This document shows positions 1 through 9,200 of a stretch of DNA of 64,000 bases, one piece after another; positions within the stretch are counted from its first letter, which is position 1, and each line of letters starts with the position of its first letter. This DNA comes from a virus (taxonomy: Duplodnaviria; Caudoviricetes). The notes below the pieces were generated by a model, which did not search any database, was not told the origin of the DNA, and saw nothing but the letters and a program-made list of their open reading frames with translations. The stretch is taken from the IMG/VR virus record IMGVR_UViG_3300024331_000061, positions 19,784 to 83,783 of that record. One strand, 5' to 3'. The position numbers and the translations under genes are program-made.

Positions 1-479
1 GTCTCGGTGTTGCCGACGGACAGGCCCACGCAGGTCCAGCTGCCGGTCTGCGTGGTGGTGATGCTCTTGGTGAACGTCGAGCTGGTGCCAGTCCCGTTGG
101 CCGAGGCCGCGCCAGCCTGGCTGGAGTTCGCCCCGGTCAGGACATAGGGGGTGATCGAGAAGTTGGCCGTGCCGGTGGCGACCGTCCGGGTCACGGTGAC
201 CGTGATGGTGCCGGGCGCGCTGGCGTAGAAGTGGCTGAACTGGTAGGACCCGGCGAACTGGCCGTCGTAGGCGGGCGTGATCGCCGTGTAGCTGTTAGCC
301 AGGGAGTCCGCGCAGGTGACCGTGGGGCCGGTGATCGTGGTGTTCAGGAACCCGATGTTGACGACGATGACGACCATCGAGTTGGCGGGCGGGCTGAAGC
401 TCGCCGTGGCCAGCGTGCCCGAGCTGTTGCCCGTGCTGTCGATGGGCGCAGGCGTCGAGGCGTCCTGGAGGATGGGCAT
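1..479 (-). CDS. Minor tail / receptor-binding protein, N-terminal part (runs off the left edge)
   Basis: ATG at 479 just after the stop of the 749-aa gene. Open to the window edge (MPILQDASTPAPIDSTGNSSGTLATASFSPPANS...). Thr/Gly/Ser-rich beta-type composition. Confidence 0.6.
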   Translation of the reverse strand, partial: MPILQDASTPAPIDSTGNSSGTLATASFSPPANSMVVIVVNIGFLNTTITGPTVTCADSLANSYTAITPAYDGQFAGSYQFSHFYASAPGTITVTVTRTVATGTANFSITPYVLTGANSSQAGAASANGTGTSSTFTKSITTTQTGSWTCVGLSVGNTE

Positions 480-2729
480 CTAGTAGACCGTGACCGTCCC
501 CGCGTACTTCTTGGGCGCTTCAGGCGTGCCCTGGATGAAGCCCCACACGTCGTAGCGCTGGCCGACTACCAGGGTCGGCCCGGTCGAGCCCGGCCCGGTC
601 GGGCACAGCTGCACGAAGCCCTTGCCGGTGCCGCCGGTCAGCCAGGTGCCGGTGAACCAGGTGACCGGCTGGGCTGGCGAGGCCGGGTTGCCCGAGCTGA
701 CCGGCAGGGCGTACTGGCAGACCAGCGCGGTCGGGTCGATGACCGTGCCGTCCAGGTCCGAGGTCCATCGGATCGGGATGTTCTCTTCGCTCAGCGCGGC
801 GATCGGGTCGAACGCGGTCATCTTGATCCTCCACCTGGCTGGCTCGGGCTGGGCTGCCCATCGTGCGTGGCTCATCTCGGCCCTCCACCTGCCTGTCTCA
901 GGCTGTGCTCCCCATCGTGCCGCAAGCGGCCCTGCTCGCCAACGCACCTCGCTCTGGAGCTGCCAGACCTCTCGGGGCGGCAGGACCACGCCCGTGAAGG
1001 CATGGAAGAACTCGACGGTCCCTGCAAGGTCTGAGAAGGCCAGGGTGACGACAGGAGCCAGCAGCTCCACCGCAGCCGCAGAGTCGCCCAGCGGCACGCT
1101 CACGGCCACCTGGAGGGCATCTACGGCCCCCGCCGCGTCGGCCAGCGGGACAGCCGTGCCGGTCACCACGACAAGGGAGTCGGTGACCCCGGCTACGTCA
1201 GCCAGCCCGGCTGAGCTGGTGACGGTGAGCGCCTCGGCTGCGCCCGCGACATCGCTAAGCGCAGCCGAGGCAGTGACAGCCAGGCTATCTACCGCAGCCC
1301 CGGTCTCAGGCCAGGCCACCACGTTGCCGACTACCACGGCGATGGTGTCGGCTGCCCCGGTCACCTCAAGCAGCGGGACGGCGGCTGCGGCGGCCAGGGC
1401 ATCGACCGCACCGGCCTGTTCCGGCAAGGCGACCGCTGCGGTTGCCGCCAGGGTATCGACCGCGCCCGCCGCGTCGGCGTAGGCCGCCTGGAGAGCCACG
1501 CTGATCGTATCGACCGCGCCAGCTGCGTCGGTGAAATTTTCAGCGGTACTTACGGAGAGAATTTCAACGGCCCCGGCCACGTCGGCCAGCGGAGCTGAGC
1601 TGGTGACCGCGAGCGCGTCGATGGCGGCTGCCACGTCCGCCTGCGGGATGGGCTGGCTGACCGCTACGGTGTCGATCGCGGCGGCCACGTCGGCCACGGC
1701 CAGGGCGGCGGACACGACAGGGGCGTCCGCCGCCCCGGCCACGTCAGCCAGGCTGGCCGTCACCGTGGCGGTGCTCGACTCGACGGCCCCGGCTGCGTCG
1801 GCCAGCGGCGCTGAGACGGTCACAGACAGGCTGTCGATCGCGCCCGTCACATCGGCCACGGGTACTGCTGCGGCGGCGCTGAGCGCCTCCGTGGCCCCGG
1901 CTACGTCCCCTAGCGGGGCAGCGGCCGAGACGGCCAGCGCATCGATCGCGCCAGCTGCGTCAGCTACGCCGATGGCCGAGGCACCGCCAGCCGGGGCATC
2001 CGCCGATGGGCGGGGTGCCATCCTGCCCAGGGTGGCCGGGGACCGGCGGCCAGGCGGGATCATCGGCCGGGTAGGCGGGCTGCTGGCAGCGGACAGCACC
2101 TCGAATGCGATAACCCCGAAGGAGTCCAGCGGGTAAGTGAAGGTAAATGTCGCGGTGCCGCCGGGCGATGCCAGGGTGGCCCCGGAGACGTTGCCCGCTC
2201 CCGAGCTGTTGTTCTGGTCGGCCTCAGCTCTCTCAGTGCCCGCGCTCCAGGTCATGCCGCCGGACCCGAACGCGACGAACGCCAGGCACAGCCCGCCCAC
2301 GGTCGTGCCGGTTACAGTGGGCGATCCCGTGGTGGTGTTGGCGTTGAAGCTCGGGGACAGGGTGCCCTCTGCCCCGCCTCCGGTCACCGAGATGGACACG
2401 CCGCCCAGAGCGCTGGTGGTGCCGCTCGCGCTGACCGAGATGGTGAACGCAGACCCAGTAGGCGGGTTGGCGAGCCTGAAGACCTTGACGAACCCGGACG
2501 CGCCGGTCAGCACGGTAGCGGAGACGCTCTGCCCTGGGCTCAGGGCAGTCATCGAGATCCCGTTGTAAGTCGCGGTGACCGTGTGACCGCTGTCGGCGTC
2601 GGCGTTCCCGATGTTGACGCCGACATACAGGGCGGAAGCGCCAGCCCCGCAGGTATGTGTCCAGGTGGCCGCTACGCCGCTGCCCGCGAATGTCGAGGAC
2701 GATACCGCGAAGGCGTCGAAGGCGACCAT
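480..2729 (-). CDS. Tail fibre-like protein with a repeat stalk and a C-terminal domain that may be separately translated
   Basis: 749-aa ORF in the tail-tip region: beta-rich N-domain, ~19-20 aa repeats (D-x-AGA-x-D-x-L-x-V), and an internal GGAGG + ATG at 821. Confidence 0.7.
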   Translation of the reverse strand: MVAFDAFAVSSSTFAGSGVAATWTHTCGAGASALYVGVNIGNADADSGHTVTATYNGISMTALSPGQSVSATVLTGASGFVKVFRLANPPTGSAFTISVSASGTTSALGGVSISVTGGGAEGTLSPSFNANTTTGSPTVTGTTVGGLCLAFVAFGSGGMTWSAGTERAEADQNNSSGAGNVSGATLASPGGTATFTFTYPLDSFGVIAFEVLSAASSPPTRPMIPPGRRSPATLGRMAPRPSADAPAGGASAIGVADAAGAIDALAVSAAAPLGDVAGATEALSAAAAVPVADVTGAIDSLSVTVSAPLADAAGAVESSTATVTASLADVAGAADAPVVSAALAVADVAAAIDTVAVSQPIPQADVAAAIDALAVTSSAPLADVAGAVEILSVSTAENFTDAAGAVDTISVALQAAYADAAGAVDTLAATAAVALPEQAGAVDALAAAAAVPLLEVTGAADTIAVVVGNVVAWPETGAAVDSLAVTASAALSDVAGAAEALTVTSSAGLADVAGVTDSLVVVTGTAVPLADAAGAVDALQVAVSVPLGDSAAAVELLAPVVTLAFSDLAGTVEFFHAFTGVVLPPREVWQLQSEVRWRAGPLAARWGAQPETGRWRAEMSHARWAAQPEPARWRIKMTAFDPIAALSEENIPIRWTSDLDGTVIDPTALVCQYALPVSSGNPASPAQPVTWFTGTWLTGGTGKGFVQLCPTGPGSTGPTLVVGQRYDVWGFIQGTPEAPKKYAGTVTVY

Positions 2730-2757
2730 GCGTTCTCACCGCCCTCCTGGCGGGCGG

Positions 2758-3342
2758 TTAATTGCTCAGCTCGGCCCAGAAGTCAGTGATGGTGACCGAG
2801 GGCGTGCCGGTCACGCTGGACAGGGTGATCCCTACGTCTAGCTGGTTGTTGATCTGCGTGTTCAGCGTGCTGACCGTGCGCAGCGCCGCCGTGATCGGGA
2901 ACGGGAGTACCACGAAGGCTGCCGCCAGCCCGCCTGCCGCGCCGAACCCGTGGAAGACCTTGCCCTGCCCGTGGATCACCCCGTTGGCTGAAACGCCCGT
3001 GCTCACCGCCCGGATGGTGCCGTCATACTCCAGGATGAACGGCCAGGCAGTGGCCGCGACGTTGATGGCCAGCGCGGATGACGCGGCCAGCACGACCGTC
3101 TCCGACGCCACCGCGCTCCCGACCGCGCCCATGCGGAAGTCCAGGACGACAGTTGGCGTGGCTGAGGTGGACGTGACCTCGCCCGTGGCCCGGATGCTCA
3201 GCCGCGCCCCGTCGCCGTAGATCCCGCCGGGCAGGACGGGGACCGGAGCGCCGAGCAGCCCCGAGGTGAGCGCAGCGGCGGTGACCGCCGTGCCCGCCAC
3301 ATTCGGCTGGGGCAGGAGCGGGAACCGCCAGAGCTGGCCCAT
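2758..3342 (-). CDS. Minor tail/virion structural protein
   Basis: 194-aa ORF tightly coupled to its neighbours in the tail operon; beta-rich composition. Confidence 0.6.
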   Translation of the reverse strand: MGQLWRFPLLPQPNVAGTAVTAAALTSGLLGAPVPVLPGGIYGDGARLSIRATGEVTSTSATPTVVLDFRMGAVGSAVASETVVLAASSALAINVAATAWPFILEYDGTIRAVSTGVSANGVIHGQGKVFHGFGAAGGLAAAFVVLPFPITAALRTVSTLNTQINNQLDVGITLSSVTGTPSVTITDFWAELSN

Positions 3343-3620
3343 TAGTTGGTGTCGCCCCAGACGAGCAGGTAACCGGCGTCGTTCGCCAGCCCGGCTGGCA
3401 TGGTGACGGTGGTCCCGCTGACCGTGCAGACAGCGGTCCCGGCGATGGTGGTGGCCAGCATCGTGGCCTGCTTGACCAGCTGGAAGTCCTGGGCGACCCC
3501 GGCCGGGCCGAGGTCCACCGTGTCACCCGCCGTGACCTTGCTGATCCTGTAGAGCACCGTCCGGTCGGGGGCGTCATTGGTGTAGACCGCCCGCAGCTGG
3601 GCTGCTGTGATGGCTGCCAT
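3342..3620 (-). CDS. Small virion structural protein
   Basis: 92-aa ORF with 1-nt stop/start overlaps on both sides. Confidence 0.6.
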   Translation of the reverse strand: MAAITAAQLRAVYTNDAPDRTVLYRISKVTAGDTVDLGPAGVAQDFQLVKQATMLATTIAGTAVCTVSGTTVTMPAGLANDAGYLLVWGDTN

Positions 3621-4339
3621 CAGGTCACCGTGCCAGCGCCGGACGGGAAGCCGAAGCTGATCGTCTCGGTGGCGGTCCAGGTCTGCCCGGCGGCCTTGGT
3701 GCCCTGGGCGCTGACGCCGTGGTTGAAGAAGATGCCGCCCGTGGTGGCGTTGGACACCGAGTCGGCGTTGCCGTTGTCGGTGCCGAACTCAGCCCAGACG
3801 AAGTTGGCCACCGCCGTGCCGAAGATCGAGACGAAGGTCAGCGTGGCCGGGCTGGCAGCGGTCTGGATCGTGGGTGCGCCGGACACCAGCTTGAAGTAGC
3901 TGGTGGTGCTGGCTGCGCCCGTGTCGCCGGTCAGCGTGGTGTTGGCGTAGGCCGCCGCCGTGGCCGACGTGCCGACCCCGATCCGGCCCTGCGTGGCGCT
4001 GAACTTGTTGGTGATCGAGGTGCCCGCGATCGAGCCGAGCAGCGCGACCATCCCGGCGATGCAGACCAGGTTGCAGTTCTCGTCGTGGGTGACCAGGTAG
4101 GGCTTGACGCCGTAGTAGGCGAACTGCCTGGGCGGGATGTCGTGCCAGGGTGGCGCTCCGAAGTCCTTCTGCACATGGCGCAGGGTCCAGGCGGTCTGCT
4201 CTTCGTCCCACCGTTCCACGTGGAACGAGGTCTGGATGGTGAGGAACTCCCGCATGCCGGTCTCCGCGTCCACGCGGAGGTGCTCGGACGCTCCCGTGAA
4301 CTCAGCTCCCGGCCCGAGAGGCGTGTCTGAATAGCTCAT
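3620..4339 (-). CDS. Minor tail protein
   Basis: 239 aa. The IGVGTSATAA...TLTFVSIFGTAVANFVWAEFG segment is typical of actinophage tail-tip proteins; position agrees. Confidence 0.6.
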   Translation of the reverse strand: MSYSDTPLGPGAEFTGASEHLRVDAETGMREFLTIQTSFHVERWDEEQTAWTLRHVQKDFGAPPWHDIPPRQFAYYGVKPYLVTHDENCNLVCIAGMVALLGSIAGTSITNKFSATQGRIGVGTSATAAAYANTTLTGDTGAASTTSYFKLVSGAPTIQTAASPATLTFVSIFGTAVANFVWAEFGTDNGNADSVSNATTGGIFFNHGVSAQGTKAAGQTWTATETISFGFPSGAGTVT

Positions 4340-4346
4340 TGCTCTC

Positions 4347-5312
4347 CTACGTTGCTGCCGCTAGCTGCTGGAACTCATAGGTGACGGCGATCGATCCGCC
4401 CTCGTCCAGGCCGATGAGGCCGGTCTGGGTGCCGTCCGTGACCTGCTTCATCTGGAGCGTCTGGGTGGTGCCGCGCAGCCCCGGCGGGATGGCCACGCTG
4501 AAGGCCCCGGTGATGCCGTGCCGCCACTGGCCGGTGGCCGACGGGATCGAGACGATCGTGGTCGGCATGGACAGGTTGGGCGCGGTGACCGACGCGCCGA
4601 ACACGGGGTTGACGAAGCCACGGGCGAAGCCGGACGCCCAGAGCACGTCGTTGATCTCCCAGTTCATGACCATCGTGGTAGCCCAGAGCGGGATGGGCAC
4701 CTGGAAGTTGAACACGGCGGGCCAGGCCACGCCGGTCGTGCCGACGGTCCAGCTGTTCAGCGAGCCAGGCCCGGTGGCCGCCAGCATCTGCATGATCCGC
4801 TGCGGGTTGGCCACCTGGCGCAGGTCGTGGATCATCGCGTTGGTGATGGCCGAGGTCGAGACGGGGATGTCGATCCGGGCCAGGGCGATGGCGCTGATGC
4901 CGCCGGGCGGGACGGTCGCGGACCCGGACACGCCGCTGATGACGCGGGGGAACAGGATCTGGCCCGAGGCCGGGTTGCCCCAGGGGCTGCCAGCCCAGGT
5001 GGGGTCCTCGGCGCGCACCACGATCATGTCCGAGCGGATCGTGCCGCCGGTCGCGGCGATGGTCAGGGACGTGTCGTTGCCGACGTTGTAGCCGTAGTAG
5101 CTGCCCTGGAACGGCGTCTCCGCGCCGAAGACCACGACCGCGCCGGGGTTGATGATGATGCCCGCGCTCGGCGCTCCGGTCTGGGTGACGATGCAGTCAA
5201 GGTGGCTGACCACGCCCTGGCTGGACAGGGTGGCGCTCTGGAGCATGAGCCGCAGGAAGTTGCCGCTCTCGCTGTTGCCGTCTACCGCGTAGGCGGCGGT
5301 CTGGAAGGTCAT
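4347..5312 (-). CDS. Minor tail protein
   Basis: Start reassigned to ATG 5312 (MTFQTAAYAVDGN), an ATGA overlap with the upstream gene. R-x-D-x-I-V-x-R motif typical of actinophage minor tail proteins. Confidence 0.7.
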   Translation of the reverse strand: MTFQTAAYAVDGNSESGNFLRLMLQSATLSSQGVVSHLDCIVTQTGAPSAGIIINPGAVVVFGAETPFQGSYYGYNVGNDTSLTIAATGGTIRSDMIVVRAEDPTWAGSPWGNPASGQILFPRVISGVSGSATVPPGGISAIALARIDIPVSTSAITNAMIHDLRQVANPQRIMQMLAATGPGSLNSWTVGTTGVAWPAVFNFQVPIPLWATTMVMNWEINDVLWASGFARGFVNPVFGASVTAPNLSMPTTIVSIPSATGQWRHGITGAFSVAIPPGLRGTTQTLQMKQVTDGTQTGLIGLDEGGSIAVTYEFQQLAAAT

Positions 5313-6241
5313 GCCGAGCCCCCGATCGACAGCGCGGCATTGCGCCACTGCACCGTGCACGTCGAGTTGCCGGTGAAGTCCTGTCCGCTGAATCGCACGA
5401 GGGTGGCTCCTGGCTGGATCTGTAGTCCGATCATCGGGTTGCCGGTGAGCAGCCCGGCTACGCTGGTGATCCCGTTCAGCATCGCAGTTCTCGCCCAGGG
5501 ACGGGTGTCTATCGTCAGCGTGTCGGTGTTGCCGAGTATCCCGTTGTAGCCGATCGTGACCGGCGTGTTCACGAAGCTGAAGGCGGGGTAGCTGACCGGC
5601 CCGGCGAATATGATCACCGGCCAGGTCGGCAGCGTGCCGGTGTTGGTGATGACGTTCTGCTGGAAATTAGCTGAGCTGGCCAGCTGGTACGGCGGGATGA
5701 GCGGCGGGGTCAGCGTGCCCCGGAAGCTGGGCTTCTGGGTCAGGATGATGCTCTGCTGCACGTCGCTGTACCACGTGTTGTCAGCGCACTGGAACTGGCT
5801 GGTGAAGGGCACCTGCCCGGTGTAGACCAGTCCGAGTGTCGGCATGATCTTCCGGCCCCGGCCGTAGCAGCGCCGGGTCACCAGCGAACCGGGGTAGAAG
5901 GCCCGCAGCACCTGGACCGGCCCGTTCGCAAACCGCACAACGGGATCGTTCCAGATAGCGGCCAGCGCCGAGTAGGCGTCGAGCGCGTTGACCACGGGCA
6001 CCGGGCTGTACGCGAAGCCGGTCTGGGTGATCACCATGCCAGGCAGCGTGTCCACGCCGAACAGCGTGCCGTCGTGGCCGACCACGGCCTGGTCCTGGAC
6101 GGTAAGCGAGCCGGTGTCCGTGCTGGTGCTCTGGATCTGGATCGAGTTGGCCCCGCGCCCGAAGACGAAGGCGCTCGCGTCTCCGCTGGGCAGGTTCTTG
6201 CCGATCGAGTATTGCCCGGCGCTCAGTGTCGGGTCAGCCAC
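5309..6241 (-). CDS. Distal tail (Dit-like) protein
   Basis: 310 aa directly after the tape measure gene. The N-x-G-x-x-P-x-W-P-x-I-x-x-x-GP and LTIDTRPW motifs are typical of siphovirus Dit. Confidence 0.7.
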   Translation of the reverse strand: MADPTLSAGQYSIGKNLPSGDASAFVFGRGANSIQIQSTSTDTGSLTVQDQAVVGHDGTLFGVDTLPGMVITQTGFAYSPVPVVNALDAYSALAAIWNDPVVRFANGPVQVLRAFYPGSLVTRRCYGRGRKIMPTLGLVYTGQVPFTSQFQCADNTWYSDVQQSIILTQKPSFRGTLTPPLIPPYQLASSANFQQNVITNTGTLPTWPVIIFAGPVSYPAFSFVNTPVTIGYNGILGNTDTLTIDTRPWARTAMLNGITSVAGLLTGNPMIGLQIQPGATLVRFSGQDFTGNSTCTVQWRNAALSIGGSA

Positions 6242-9200
6242 CTGGCATCACCCCTGTCCAGCCCTGCTGCTGTGCCACCCTCAGCCTAAAGCTCAGCTCG
6301 GCAAATGCCTGGGCGAGCGTGCCCCCCTCAGGCAGCATGATGTTCAGCACGTTGGCCAGCTGGCCTGCGGGAGCCGAGCCGCCCGGCCCGGCTGGCGTGA
6401 CCCACTCCTGGCCCTTCTCCCCGAAGGTGTACTGCGTGCCCGACGCACCGAACCCGATGACCGGCTCGCGGATCAGGCCGCCCTTGGCGAAGCCACGGCG
6501 ACCGCCAGCCCCTAGCAGGCCCCGCGCTACCGGGTCCGAGGCCCACGGGCCGTAGCCAGATGAGCTGAACAGGCTGATGGCCGCGCGGGTGTTGTTGGCC
6601 GCGTTGAGCAGGTTGCCGAAGGCCCCGTTCTGCCGGATGCCGCTGGTCGGCGTGATCTGGTACAGGCCCCAGCCGGTGAGGCCGGGGGGCTGGCCCTGCT
6701 GCACCGCGCCGGGCCGGTCACCGGACTCGGCCATGGCGATGGCCGCCATGTTGTTGGCAGCCCAGCCAGGCCCGCCGAGCTGGCTCCACAGCGCCGCGAT
6801 GGCCCTGGCGGACATGGTGCCCGCCGTCGCGCCGCCGCCCCTGGCCGTGCCCAGCCCGCCGGGCGGGACGCCGGTCCACAGCAGCGGCATCGCGTGCAGG
6901 TTCATCAGCTGCGGACCCATGCCGCCGCCCTGGCTGATGACGCGCATGGCGTCCCGCACGATCGCCACATGCCCAGGGTCAGCCCCGCCCGCCGGACTGT
7001 GATAAAAGGCGAGACCACCAGGGACAGGCGGGCTCCTGTGAACCCATGAGCCCTGTGCTTCTGATGTGCGTGGTGCGTTAATACCGAAGTGGTGGTAAAT
7101 CGCTTGCGTAAATCCTGAACAGTCCGCACCACCAGGAACAGCAGTCCCACCCCACACATAGGGTATCTTGCCGATGAACTGCATGGCGTAGTCGGCTATG
7201 GCCGACCCGCTGGCCCCGCCCAGGCCCTGCCCGCTGAGCCACTGGGCCAGGTCGGTGATGATGATCTTGGGCAGCTGGGTCAGCAGGTTCCCGAATGCGC
7301 CACCGGCCCCGCCGTTGCCCAGGTGGTTGGCCAGTCCGGTGAGCGCCTTGGACACCATGGTGAGAGTCGCGCCGGGGTTGGACGTGGGGCTCAGGATCTC
7401 GGACACGATCCGGGGCACGTTGAGCGCGGCGTGCAGGATGTCACCGAGACTCGGCCCGCCGACGGGGTTCACGCCCGAGCCGAAGCGCGCCTGGGCTGGC
7501 GTGACGCCGGGCGGGTTCTGGCCGACCTTGCCGCCCTTGGCGTAGCCGGGGACGCCGATCGTGGCGAGCAGCGGGGCCAGCAGGCTGCTGTGCGCGGCCG
7601 AGAGCACCGTCTCGTCCTTGCTGGCCCGGATCAGCACGTCATCAGCGGTCGGGCCGGTGCCCACGGTGATCTTGCCGCCAGCCGCGAAGTTGCGGATGTA
7701 CGGCGGCCTCGGGATGGGCGCTCCCAGGTGCAGCGCGCTGGTGATGGTGTCGAACCCGTTGGCCACAGCGCCCAGCACGGTGTTGACCACGAACTTGACC
7801 GGGCCTGAGACGACGCTCTTGACGCCATTCCAGAACCGCCCGATGTTGGTGGCGGCGGTCTGGAACCAGCCGGGCACGGTCTTGGTGAAGAAATTGGATA
7901 CGTCGGTCCCGAATACCTGGTGGAACCAGTTGATCAGGTCACGGAACCCGCCCTTTACCGGGTTTATCAGCCGGTTGATCGTGGCGTGGTAGAAGGAGTC
8001 CCAGACGTTAGGTATGGTCCGGGTGAAGAAATTGGAGATATCGGTGCCGAATACCTGGTGCAGCCAGCCCCAGAATGAGCTTGCTACCTTCTGTATCTCA
8101 CCCCAGATAGCCTTCCAGTGCTTGGCCAGCTCGATGACGCCCAGGGCGATCAGGCCGACCGGGCCGAGCAGCGGCAGCAGGAACTTGCCGAACCCGTCCC
8201 AGATGAAGTGCCACGCATCAGCCGCGAGCTGCTTGATCTCGCCCCAGACGGCTTTCCAGTGCTTGACCAGCTCGAAGATCCCGATGGCCAGCGCCGCGAT
8301 GGCGATGATGATCAGCCCGATCGGGTTGGCGGCCAGCGCGGCGTTCAGAATCCACTGGACGGCGGCCCACAGCTTGACCGCGCCCCAGATCGCCAGGAGG
8401 CCGACGACGATGCCCTTCAGCACGTCCGGCGGGATGGCGTTGATCAGGCTGGTCAGCCCGCTAGCCAGGTCCTGGATAACCGAGACCACGGCGGTCGTGA
8501 AGAGGCCGACGAACGTGAGCAGCAGCGGCAGGATGACGGGCAGCACGGAAGCGATGGCCTGGAGGGCCACGGTAGCCAGCTGGGTCAGCGGCGGCAGGAT
8601 GGCCAGCACGGCGCTGACCAGGGCGTTAATCAGGATGCCCGACAGCGCCGAGATGAACTTGATGATAGGCGGCAGCAGCGGGGTAAGTCCGTGGAGAAGG
8701 GCCGTGATCAGCCTGGCCAGCGGCTTGACCAGCGCCTCCAGGGCGTCCCCCAGGATGGCGAAGACGCCGCTGTTCTCCATCACGGTGAAGATCCCGGACA
8801 GCGCCGTGGCGAAGGCAGACAGGCTCGGGGCGACCGCGATCAGCAGCTGGGCGACGGCGGTAAAGGCAGCTACCAAGTCAGTGAGAATGGCACCGGCAAG
8901 GGATGCGATCAGCTTTCCGATAATGGTCAGGAATGGCAGCAGGGACTTAATGACGGCGGCAAAGGTGACGAATACGGGAGCCAGGGCGTTAGCAAATATG
9001 GCTGCCAGTTTCCCGATTATGGGGAATAGCGCCGCTACCACGTCGAGAAGGGCCTTGAGAATAGCCGAGGCTGGCTTGATGACCGGGGCGAACTCAGTCA
9101 GCATGGTGCCCAGGTCCTTGCCGATGGTGGCCATGACCTGGGCGAAGACGTTCAGGGCGGGACCGGCTGCCTTCAGCAGCGAGATCAGGCCGGGTAGCAG

